This document shows, one piece after another, positions 1-8,167 of a stretch of DNA of 64,000 nt. The first letter of the stretch is position 1, and each line of letters begins with the position of its first letter. The translations under genes and the position numbers were made by a program. Location: contig JAUJNB010000013.1 in assembly GCA_030446545.1 (NCBI GenBank), positions 4,410 to 68,409 on the forward strand, in the 5' to 3' direction. The notes under the pieces were generated by a model that was not told the origin of the DNA, did not search any database, and saw only the letters and a list, made by a program, of their open reading frames with translations. This stretch comes from Acidimicrobiales bacterium (lineage in GTDB: Bacteria; Actinomycetota; Acidimicrobiia; Acidimicrobiales; CADCSY01).

Positions 1-190
1 CGTTCCAGCCGGTGGGCTCCTGGTCGGAGGCGAAGGTGACTCGTCCGCCTCGGACACCGCGACCCTCTCCGTCCACATCGCCGGTGCCGGCCACGCCCCG
101 AGCTGACGGGTCACAGGCGGAGGCCATGAGGACGCCAACCACCACCAGAGCTAGCGGACCGACACTGCGAGATTTGTGGCGTGTCGCCAC
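1..190 (-). CDS. ABC transporter family 5 substrate-binding lipoprotein, N-terminal part (runs off window)
   Basis: Hand translation: GTG at 190 after AAAGGGAGG RBS; VATRHKSRSVGPLALVVVGVLMASA-C lipobox, then GGRVTFASDQEPTGWN typical of SBP family 5. Confidence 0.75.
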   Translation of the reverse strand, partial: MATRHKSRSVGPLALVVVGVLMASACDPSARGVAGTGDVDGEGRGVRGGRVTFASDQEPTGWN

Positions 191-339
191 CGAGGCCTCC
201 CTTTCACAGCAGCTGTTCTGCCGGCGCCAGTCTCCCCCATCGCCGGCCCAATGCTCGAAGCGCCCCAACAGGGCCACCCGAGACTGGGAATGAGGCTCGG
301 CAGTAGAGGGTTACGCCCGTTCGTAGGGCGCGACTCGGA

Positions 340-480
340 GCGCGGGCTCGCGGTGGTGCTGGGGCGCCGGCGACGGCACATTCGAGTCGATGGTGGGTGG
401 AGCGGTGTTGGCCCACCACCCGAGATGCTCGACGCTCCGAAACCCCCAACCGATCGGCCGCACCACCACGGCCCCGGAGA
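340..480 (-). mobile_element. IS3-family transposase remnant (OrfB start region)
   Basis: Translation DRLGVSERRASRVVGQHRSTH resembles the GVSERRACRVVGQHRSTQR segment of actinobacterial IS3 transposases; no intact ORF; boundaries approximate. Confidence 0.65.
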
Positions 481-691
481 ACGGCCCGTAGCCACTCCCG
501 CCGCCGCTGCTCCTCCTCGGTGGCTGTAGTTGGCACTGGGATGGATCGCCGGTGCGCCGGCTGTCCGATCCCGTCAGTCGGCCATTGTGGCCCAGCGCAC
601 CTCTCGAACGGCTGACCGCTGAAGTGGACGCCCGTCGGCGCCAACCGGTGAGGAAACGGCCTAGCCGTCGAGACTCGTGTGGTCGGCCGGG

Positions 692-1120
692 CTACTCGGC
701 GTCGAGGGCGGCGAGGAGCGCCTTCATCCACGGGCCCAGGTCGGCCGGGGTCCGGGCCGAGATGAGGTTGCCGTCGACAACACACGGTTCGTCCACCCAG
801 TGCGCACCGGCGTTGACCATGTCGTCTCGGATGGCGTCGACGCTCGTGGCCCGGCGACCCTTGATGATGTTGGCGGAGATTGGAACCCAGCCGGCGTGGC
901 ATATGAAGGCGATCGGCTTGCCCGCTGCGTTGAAGGCTTCCACCAGGGAGAGCACCCGCTCCGATCGACGGAGCTTGTCCGGCGCGAAGCCGCCTGGTAT
1001 GACCAGAGCCTGGAATGAGCCAGCCTCGACGTCGTCGACGGTGGCGTCCACCTTCACCGGGCCGTGGCCTTTCTTGCCGGTGACGTCGTCGGTCGTGAGA
1101 CCGGCGATGGTCACTTCCAC
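692..1120 (-). pseudogene. PfpI/DJ-1 family protein, 5'-truncated
   Basis: ALVIPGG, FICHAG nucleophile elbow and VVDGNLIS are present; the N-terminal ~30 aa carrying the conserved Glu are missing; in-frame TAA about 20 nt upstream. Confidence 0.75.
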
Positions 1121-1129
1121 ACACCCGGA

Positions 1130-1160
1130 CGTTAGAAGACGTTAGAAGAAACGTTAGAAG
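1130..1160. repeat. Three direct copies of CGTTAGAAG
   Basis: gacgttagaagacgttagaagaaacgttagaag, AT-rich patch between truncated pfpI and the tRNA. Confidence 0.85.
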
Positions 1161-1177
1161 TCTGCCTACTCAGCAGT

Positions 1178-1203
1178 AGGGCCGGTGCTCTCGCACCGGC
1201 CCT
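1178..1203 (-). terminator. Hairpin just downstream of tRNA-fMet
   Basis: agggccggtgc-tctc-gcaccggccct, 11-bp perfect stem. Confidence 0.6.
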
Positions 1204-1218
1204 GACCTGCGGTTTCTT

Positions 1219-1295
<77 letters not shown>

Positions 1296-1427
1296 TCGTG
1301 GCACCAATGATACCTGGGCCCAGGTCGGGCGCCGCAATCCGTTCCGGCGTCAGGCCGAACCGGGTGCCGCTGGGGCGGTCGGGGCGGTCGTGATGGTGTC
1401 CGGGGGCGGCCTGCTCCCGGGCCCGGG

Positions 1428-4343
1428 TCACCAGGTCCCGGCCGACCTCCACCTCCCGTTGGTAGGTGCCCAGGTCTCCGGAGGAAAGGGCGGCCTCGGC
1501 CCGGTCGAAGGCCGCCTGGGCCTGGCCCAGCAAGCCGGCCACGTCGGTGCCCGCATCGCTGGAGGGGGCGTCGGGGGGCGGAGTCCCACCCGGGTCCGGG
1601 GGTGCACCGCCGACCGGGGGGCACCGCCGACCGGCGGCGTGGCCCCAGGGGTGGGCTGCTCCTCCAGGGTTCCCGGGGACTGGCCGAACAGCTCGACCAG
1701 CGCCTGGTCCAAGGTGTCCTCCACCACGACCCGGCCCCCGAATGACACGATGACCTTCCGCAGTTCAGGGATCTCCGTGCTCTGGGAGATCACGTAGAAG
1801 GGCCGGACGTAGAGCAGGGACTGCTCGACGGGGATGATCACCAGGTTGCCGAACTGGACGCTTCGACCCTCACCACCGAGGAGGGTCTGCAGCTCGGACA
1901 CCTCCTGGTCCTGTTGCATGTTGGCCCCGACGATGGCCGGGCCGTCGGGCAGGTTGGATCTGGGCATGACGAAGGTCTGGAGCTCGCCGTAGTTCCCGGG
2001 GTCGCTCTTGGCCACCATGAAGGCGGTGAGCTCCTTGCGGCCGTCGTCCCTCGAGACCGGAACGAAGGGCCGCAACATCACGAAGCTCAACTCCTGGTCC
2101 CCGGGGAGACGCATGAGGAGGTAGTAGGGATCGATCCTGGCCTCTTGGGCCGGGCCCAGCGGTGCTCCCGTGACCGGGTCGACCGCCGGGCTGACCTGGG
2201 CCGCCGAGCCCGCCCCCGGGTCCTGGGCCACGTTCCACCCGTCGTTGTTGTTGTAGAAGTCGTCCGGGTTGTCGATGTGGTAGCGACCCCACATCGTGGT
2301 CTGGGTGCGAAAGAGGTCCTCGGGATAGCGGAAGTGCTCGCGAAGCTCTTCGGGAACGTCGTTCTGGTCGGCGAACAGCTCAGGGAACGCCTCCTGGTAG
2401 GCCCGGATGAGCGGGTCGTCGGGAGTGACGACGTAGAAGGTGACGGAGCCGTCGTAGGCGTCGACCACGGCCTTGACCGAGTTGCGGATGTAGTTGAAGT
2501 TGCGAGTCAACCCGCTCGACGCCGGCAGTGCGCCGGTTTCCGCCTGTTGGGCGTAGGGGAAGCTGGCCGAGGTGGTGTAAGCGTCGAGCACGTACTGCGT
2601 GCGGCCGCCGATGATGACCACGTAGGGGTCGGCGTCGAAGGAGAGGAAGGGCGCCAGGGCCTGGGCCCGCTCCCGGATGTCGCGCTGGTAAAGGACCTTC
2701 GAGTCGGGCCGCACACTGCTGGAGATGAGCGGGTTGATGTCGCCGAAGCGAAGGGCGAAGGCGGCCCGGCGAAGGTAGGAACCGACGTCCACCCCGTCGG
2801 CCCCCTCGTACCGGGTGAACTGCGTCCCCTGCTCGTTCTGGAAGTCGATCTCCTCCCGGGCGGTGTTGACCATGACGTAGTCATCGAGGCCCTCCCCGAC
2901 GTAGATGCCAGGTTGCTCCTCCAGGTTCATCGAGGCGGTCCCGTCGACGGGGATGTCGGAGACGATGAGCTCGGGTCGCCCATCTGCCGTCTTGGAGTTC
3001 GCCGGCGCCGCCACCGCCCCGTAGCCGTGGGTGTAGGTGAGGTGGCGGGCCTCCCAGGAGTTCTGAGGCACTCCCGGGGTGTCCAGCTCGCGTGCCGACA
3101 GCTCGACCTGGGTGAGCTCACCGTTGATCTCGTAGCGATCGACGTCGACGTCGATGATCTGGTACTGGGGCCGAACCTCTTGGAGCCGCTGGTAGCTCGG
3201 CAGCAGGAACTCGGGGTCCCACAGGCGGATGTTGCGCACCGTCTCGGCGTTGTCCTGGAGGGAGGATCCGTCGAGGGAGTCGTCGGCGGCAAAGTCGGTG
3301 GTGGCCACCTCGTCCAGGCCCATGGCAAACCGGGTGGCGGCGATGTTCTTGGTGATGTACTCCGCCTCTCGCGACGACTCGGCCGGCACCACCTGGAAGC
3401 GCTGGACGAAGGCCGGGACAATGCCCCCGGCAACGACGGCAGCCAGGGCCCAGGTTCCCACCGCGAAGGCCGGCAAAATCCAGCCCCGCCGGCGGATGTT
3501 GATGATGAACAGTAAGAAGGCGGTCAGCGAGATGAGGGTCAGCAACTCGAGGACCGGAAGCTGGGCGTTCACGTCGGTGTAGGTGGCGCCGTGCACCGTC
3601 CCCCGGGTGGACAGCGTGAGCTCGTAGCGCTGCAACCAGTAGCCGGCCGCCCGCAACAAGGCCAACACGCCGAAGATCACCGAGAGGTGGGCCTTGACCT
3701 GGACGCTGACCCGCTGCGACGAGCCCTGAAAGCGGATCCCCCCGTTGAGGTAGTGGGCGATGGCCACCACGATGGCCACGATCACCAGGGCGGCAAAGGC
3801 CCAGTCGACCAGGAAGGTGAGGAAGGGAAGCTGGAAGACGTAGAAGCCGGCGTCGATCGAGAACAACGGATCGACCTGACCGAAGTCGCGGGCGTTGGTG
3901 AACAGGATCCAGTCGTTCCACCGACTCGACACTCCGGCACCGGCGATGAGGGCGAAGACCCCGGCCAGGCCGGCTCGCACCAACCCGGTCCGGGACCCGA
4001 CCAGCTCGTGGTAGCGCTCGATGACTTCCTCTTCGGGACCGGACGGCCGGAACCGGGGGGCCAGCCGATCGGCGATGAACAGGTTCACCCACAACACGAC
4101 GAAGAACACGAGGCTGAACACCGCCCCGAGGCCCACCTTGGTGCCCAGCACCCCGGTGAAGACTCCGGTGAAGTTCAGCGAATCGAACCAGAGGTAGTCG
4201 GTGTAGAAGCCGGCGATGCCTTTCAGGGAGGTGAGCAGGACGAACAGGGTGACGCCGAGGGCGACCAGCCAGACCCGGCTGCGGGAGGCGGTGGGATCCA
4301 GGCGCACTCGTCGAGGAGGAGGCATATCGCCGGGAGCGCGCAT
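1428..4343 (-). CDS. UPF0182 family membrane protein (C-terminus shifts frame near 1570-1620; true end probably ~1350)
   Basis: YTDYLWF, DPLFSIDAGFYVFQLP, NIRLWDP, VDVDRY, HLTYTHGYG, NYIRNSVKAVVDAYDG, HFRYPEDLF; the typical tail AEAALSSGDLGTYQ is in another frame. Confidence 0.93.
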   Translation of the reverse strand: MRAPGDMPPPRRVRLDPTASRSRVWLVALGVTLFVLLTSLKGIAGFYTDYLWFDSLNFTGVFTGVLGTKVGLGAVFSLVFFVVLWVNLFIADRLAPRFRPSGPEEEVIERYHELVGSRTGLVRAGLAGVFALIAGAGVSSRWNDWILFTNARDFGQVDPLFSIDAGFYVFQLPFLTFLVDWAFAALVIVAIVVAIAHYLNGGIRFQGSSQRVSVQVKAHLSVIFGVLALLRAAGYWLQRYELTLSTRGTVHGATYTDVNAQLPVLELLTLISLTAFLLFIINIRRRGWILPAFAVGTWALAAVVAGGIVPAFVQRFQVVPAESSREAEYITKNIAATRFAMGLDEVATTDFAADDSLDGSSLQDNAETVRNIRLWDPEFLLPSYQRLQEVRPQYQIIDVDVDRYEINGELTQVELSARELDTPGVPQNSWEARHLTYTHGYGAVAAPANSKTADGRPELIVSDIPVDGTASMNLEEQPGIYVGEGLDDYVMVNTAREEIDFQNEQGTQFTRYEGADGVDVGSYLRRAAFALRFGDINPLISSSVRPDSKVLYQRDIRERAQALAPFLSFDADPYVVIIGGRTQYVLDAYTTSASFPYAQQAETGALPASSGLTRNFNYIRNSVKAVVDAYDGSVTFYVVTPDDPLIRAYQEAFPELFADQNDVPEELREHFRYPEDLFRTQTTMWGRYHIDNPDDFYNNNDGWNVAQDPGAGSAAQVSPAVDPVTGAPLGPAQEARIDPYYLLMRLPGDQELSFVMLRPFVPVSRDDGRKELTAFMVAKSDPGNYGELQTFVMPRSNLPDGPAIVGANMQQDQEVSELQTLLGGEGRSVQFGNLVIIPVEQSLLYVRPFYVISQSTEIPELRKVIVSFGGRVVVEDTLDQALVELFGQSPGTLEEQPTPGATPPVGGAPRSAVHPRTRVGLRPPTPPPAMRAPTWPACWARPRRPSTGPRPPFPPETWAPTNGRWRSAGTW

Positions 4344-4408
4344 GGCGGGAGCCTAGGGGTTGGAGATCGCCGACCGGCGGTCGGGAAGGGGCGGGAGACC
4401 CCGCCGGG

Positions 4409-6868
4409 CTAGACGGGCTCGACGGCGATGATGCAGCGGCAGCCCGGGTGCGCGGGCGGGTAGGGCTGGCCGGTCGGGAAGCTCTCACCCTTGTCGATGG
4501 CTCCGGCCAGGGCGTTGTCGTCGCAGTCGGGACACGGCCCTTCCCCGGTGTCGACCACCCAGCGCAACTTGCCCACCGGGGCCGATGCGAAGCGGCCCCG
4601 GGAGTGGGCGGCGCTGGCGTGGTGACGGGCCAGGGGCTCGGCTCTGGTGGTCTTCCACTCCCGGTAGGCCGACGAGATGCCGTCGACCATCGGTGCGACG
4701 TCGCCTTCGGCTGCTCCCAGCACTCGCTGGAGCCGGGCCCGCAGGTCTGCGGTGACCCCGGCCGCCAGGCCGACGGCCAGGTCGTCGACCGACGGTGGAT
4801 CGTTTCCGACACCGGCGCCTCGGGCCGCGGCGGCCCGCAACTCGGAGCCCACCGCGGCCAGGTAGCGGGCGGTGTGGTCGCTCGGACCGGGCAGCAGCTC
4901 CACGAGGGGGACACCGCCGCCCTTGCGGCGCAGCACGTCGAGCACCTCGTTCTGCTCGTCGACCAGCGCCCGCTTGAGCGCCTTGACCAGCGAGCGTTCC
5001 ACCGCCTCGAGCTCGGTGTCGCGGGCCTCGAGCAGGTCCTCGTCGTCGGTGGTCGGCTCCGGCTCCGGTGCCACCACGGCAGAAGCCCGACTCGCCGCAC
5101 TGCCGTTGGTGGACGCCACCACTTCGCTGACCGCCGGGGAAGGTGACGGGGTGGCCAGCACGGCCTCGGCTCGGGCGACGGCGGCCGCCCGTTCGGCGCG
5201 CAGGCGGGCGAAGAGATCCTCGACGTGGCGGTGAGGTCCCTGGCCACCGTCGGTCGCCGGCTCGTCGGTCGCCGGCTGGTCGGCTGCTGCCGGTTCGGCG
5301 GTCGCCGGCTGTTCGGCGGTCGCCGGCTGGTGGGCTGCTGCCGGTTCGGCGGTCGCCGGCTGGTCGGCTGCTGCCGATGCGGCGGTCGCCGGCTCGGCTG
5401 CTGCCGGCTCGTCGGTCGCCGGCTGGTCGGCTGCTGCCGGCTCGGCGGTCGCCGGCTCGGCGGCAACTGCCCTATCGGCGGCTGCTGCCGGTTCGGCGGT
5501 CGCCGGCTGGTTGGCTGCTGCCTCGCTGCGGACCGGCTCGTCGGTCACGGCCTGGTCGGCGGCCGCTTTAGCGGGCACCGCCTCGGTGCCGCCTGCGAGG
5601 TCGTCGACCTCGCTGCCGGGCAACCCCGTGGATCCTGATCGCAGGGAGGCCGACGGCGAGGAGGAGGAGGAGGAAGGCGAGGCGACCGACCCCGACGGCT
5701 CCTCCACGAGCGGCGACGATGCCGGTTGGGGCCCGGACGATACCGGGAGCGTGTCGGCCCGGTCGAGGTCCGGCTCCGACTCGTCCGGCTCCGACTCGTC
5801 CGGCGGCGGATAATCCACCCGGGCGAGCTCCGGCTCCAACGCCTCCGGCTCCGACGCCGCTGGGGGGGGCCCGTGCGGTGCCGTCACCGGCCCCGGTTGG
5901 TCAGCCCCGGACACCGCCGCCCCCGCCGGCCCCACCCGTCGTCCCGCCGGCCCCGCTTCGGGAACGGTCGGCTCCACCGGGCCCCTGGCCTCGGACAACC
6001 GAGCCTTCGGTGAGCTGTGGCGTGGACGGGACCACCCGGTGCCTGCGGAGGGCTCGACCACCGGCGCCTCCCCTTCGAGAGGCGGCGCCCCCGACGTCCA
6101 CGCCGGGGCCAGACCGATGTCGCGTGCCCCCACCAGCTCGGCCTCGAGCTCCTCGACGGTGGGTTCGCGCTGCGAGCCCACTCGGAGCGCCGCCGTCTCC
6201 GCCGCCGCCCTGGCCTCGACCTCGGCCACGCTCAGCTCGCGGGTGGCCTCGTCGAGGGTGCTACGCACCACCCGGTAGGCCTCCAGCAGGCGCTCCCGCC
6301 CGGCCCGGAGCTGCTCGAGCTGCTGGTGGGCCGCCCGCCGGCGCCGGGCCAGGTCCTTCAGCACCCGCTCGCGTACCGCCTGGGCCTCGGCCACCATCTC
6401 CCGACCACGGGCCTTGGCCCCCTCGAGAACCTCTTCGGCCGCCGTCTGGGCCTGGGCCTGGATCTCCACCGAGATGCGCTCCGCCTCCTCGGTGCGCAAA
6501 GCCAGGAGCGACTCGGCCTCGAGGTGGGCCCGGCTTCCTTCACCGCTGGCGTCACGCACGAGCCGGGCGACCTGGTCCTCGGCCCGGCTCCGGATCTCCG
6601 CCGCCGCCTCCCGGGCGGCCTGGAGCACCCGGCCGGCCTCTTGGCCCAGCGCCGCCTCGATCTCCTCGTCGCTCAGGGCCCGGTCCGACGCCCGGGATTC
6701 GGCCGCCTCCAGGCGCTCGCGCTGGAGCCGCTCACGCTCGCGAGTGGCAGCCAGCTCGGCCGCCACCTGGGCCAGGAACGCTCGCACCTCGTGCTGGGCG
6801 AACCCCCGGAAGGCCACCGGGAACTCCTTGGCGGCGACCTCCTCGGCCCCCAGCGCCACGTCGTTCAC
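4409..6868 (-). CDS. DivIVA-domain coiled-coil protein with C-terminal phage MuF (minor head protein)-like domain
   Basis: N-terminal EEVAAKEFPVAFRGFAQHEVRAFLAQVA; long coiled coil; low-complexity linker; C-terminal LRWVVD..CPDC..GESFPTG..PPAHPGCRC. Confidence 0.85.
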   Translation of the reverse strand: MNDVALGAEEVAAKEFPVAFRGFAQHEVRAFLAQVAAELAATRERERLQRERLEAAESRASDRALSDEEIEAALGQEAGRVLQAAREAAAEIRSRAEDQVARLVRDASGEGSRAHLEAESLLALRTEEAERISVEIQAQAQTAAEEVLEGAKARGREMVAEAQAVRERVLKDLARRRRAAHQQLEQLRAGRERLLEAYRVVRSTLDEATRELSVAEVEARAAAETAALRVGSQREPTVEELEAELVGARDIGLAPAWTSGAPPLEGEAPVVEPSAGTGWSRPRHSSPKARLSEARGPVEPTVPEAGPAGRRVGPAGAAVSGADQPGPVTAPHGPPPAASEPEALEPELARVDYPPPDESEPDESEPDLDRADTLPVSSGPQPASSPLVEEPSGSVASPSSSSSSPSASLRSGSTGLPGSEVDDLAGGTEAVPAKAAADQAVTDEPVRSEAAANQPATAEPAAAADRAVAAEPATAEPAAADQPATDEPAAAEPATAASAAADQPATAEPAAAHQPATAEQPATAEPAAADQPATDEPATDGGQGPHRHVEDLFARLRAERAAAVARAEAVLATPSPSPAVSEVVASTNGSAASRASAVVAPEPEPTTDDEDLLEARDTELEAVERSLVKALKRALVDEQNEVLDVLRRKGGGVPLVELLPGPSDHTARYLAAVGSELRAAAARGAGVGNDPPSVDDLAVGLAAGVTADLRARLQRVLGAAEGDVAPMVDGISSAYREWKTTRAEPLARHHASAAHSRGRFASAPVGKLRWVVDTGEGPCPDCDDNALAGAIDKGESFPTGQPYPPAHPGCRCIIAVEPV
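5248..5525 (-). repeat. Intragenic tandem repeat of 15/18-bp subunits (~33-bp period) encoding (ADQPATAEPAA)n
   Basis: Repeated cggcggtcgccggct / ggtcggctgctgccgg blocks. Confidence 0.9.
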
Positions 6869-6919
6869 GGACTCATGGTAGGAGGAGGCGACCCGAGATG
6901 GGCGGATACCCCTGGGCCG

Positions 6920-8167
6920 CTACAACAGCCCGCCGGTGACGTCTCCGAGCTCGTCGAGCACGCCGTCGAGCAGGTCGACCAGCGGGTCGACGACCGGCTC
7001 CAGCACACCCCCGTTGTCGTCGGGCCCCGGCCCCGTCACCACCGGGGGCGGCGCAACGGGACGAGGGCGGGGCACCGGCTCGGACGGGGCCGGAAGCACG
7101 ACCGGCGGGGCCGGCCGCAGGGGCGGCGGCTCGGGACGCCGGCGGACCGGCACCGGTGCGGGCTCGAACACCGGCTCCGACGACGGGGCCCCGAAGAGCA
7201 GGGGGGAGCGGGCCACGGCGCCGTCGAGGACGGACAGCAGCGCCGCCGGCGGCGCGTCCTGATCGAAGGCGACGATTCCCCACCCAGCCCCGTCGCTGCG
7301 CAGGGCGAAGACCTCGTCCCAGCGGGCGGCGAAGTCGTCGTCGCGTCCCACCAGGGCCACCGCCGCACCCACCAGCATCTCACCGACCGGGCGGTCCTGG
7401 CCGTCGAGGAGGGTCTGGTCGAACGAGGGCTGGTGGAGCAGGCCCGGGAGCACGGTCTGGTAGAAGAAGACGTCGGGCGTGAAGTCGTCCCGCAAGAGGG
7501 TCGTGAAGCCGGTCGAGCGCCGCTCGAGGTTGGCCTGGAGGTCGATGGCCTCGCCCAGGTACCGCCGGTCCCAGGGGTCGGGCGGTTCGGCGAACCGAAG
7601 CGGGCTGGCGGCGAGCGGCACCATGCCCGTGCCGGTGACCACGACCTGGCGCAGAGGTGCCAGCCCCCCCTCCAGGGTCCGCCCGCCCGACGTCAGGCCG
7701 GCTCGACCCTCGTAGACCACGAAGGTGGCCCCGGTGGTGAGGGAGATGCGCGCCGCCCCGTCGACCAGGGAGAGCCGGCCCCCGCCCGAGTCCACCACCA
7801 GTTCCTCGGCGCCGGCGGTGGCTAGGACGTCGCCCCCCTCGACCACGGGAATGGCCCCCACCTCGACCTGCGAAGCGGCACCGGGTGTCCCGGCCCGCAG
7901 CTCCAGGGCCCGGGCGCCGGACAGGCGCAGGACCCCGTCTCCGGACAGGAGCTCGATGTGTTCGCCGTCGGCCACGGCGTGGTCCCCACGCTGCACCCGG
8001 CGGGCTCCGCCGCCGCCCTTGATCTCGGCCGTCCCGTCGAGGTCCAGCGTGGCCGCCCGGTCCGGCGAACCGTCACCCGGCACACCGGTGGCGGTGATGA
8101 CCACGGCGAAGGTCAACACGACGGCGATGAGCAGGCCCAGCAGGCGGACCGCCCGCTGACCGGTCAT
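6920..8167 (-). CDS. Membrane-anchored/secreted protein with FecR-like beta domain and Pro-rich tail
   Basis: N-terminal hydrophobic helix; DGEHIELLSGDGVLRL..LELRAGT..EGGDVL..VVYEGRA pattern; ATGA overlap with the kinase stop. Confidence 0.7.
   Translation of the reverse strand: MTGQRAVRLLGLLIAVVLTFAVVITATGVPGDGSPDRAATLDLDGTAEIKGGGGARRVQRGDHAVADGEHIELLSGDGVLRLSGARALELRAGTPGAASQVEVGAIPVVEGGDVLATAGAEELVVDSGGGRLSLVDGAARISLTTGATFVVYEGRAGLTSGGRTLEGGLAPLRQVVVTGTGMVPLAASPLRFAEPPDPWDRRYLGEAIDLQANLERRSTGFTTLLRDDFTPDVFFYQTVLPGLLHQPSFDQTLLDGQDRPVGEMLVGAAVALVGRDDDFAARWDEVFALRSDGAGWGIVAFDQDAPPAALLSVLDGAVARSPLLFGAPSSEPVFEPAPVPVRRRPEPPPLRPAPPVVLPAPSEPVPRPRPVAPPPVVTGPGPDDNGGVLEPVVDPLVDLLDGVLDELGDVTGGLL

Noticed and set aside
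4409-4700. Prophage suggested by the MuF-like motif
   Set aside because: No terminase, portal, capsid or integrase in the window; neighbours are chromosomal housekeeping-type genes
5248-5525. Possible CRISPR or ncRNA repeat
   Set aside because: In-frame coding repeat without unique spacers
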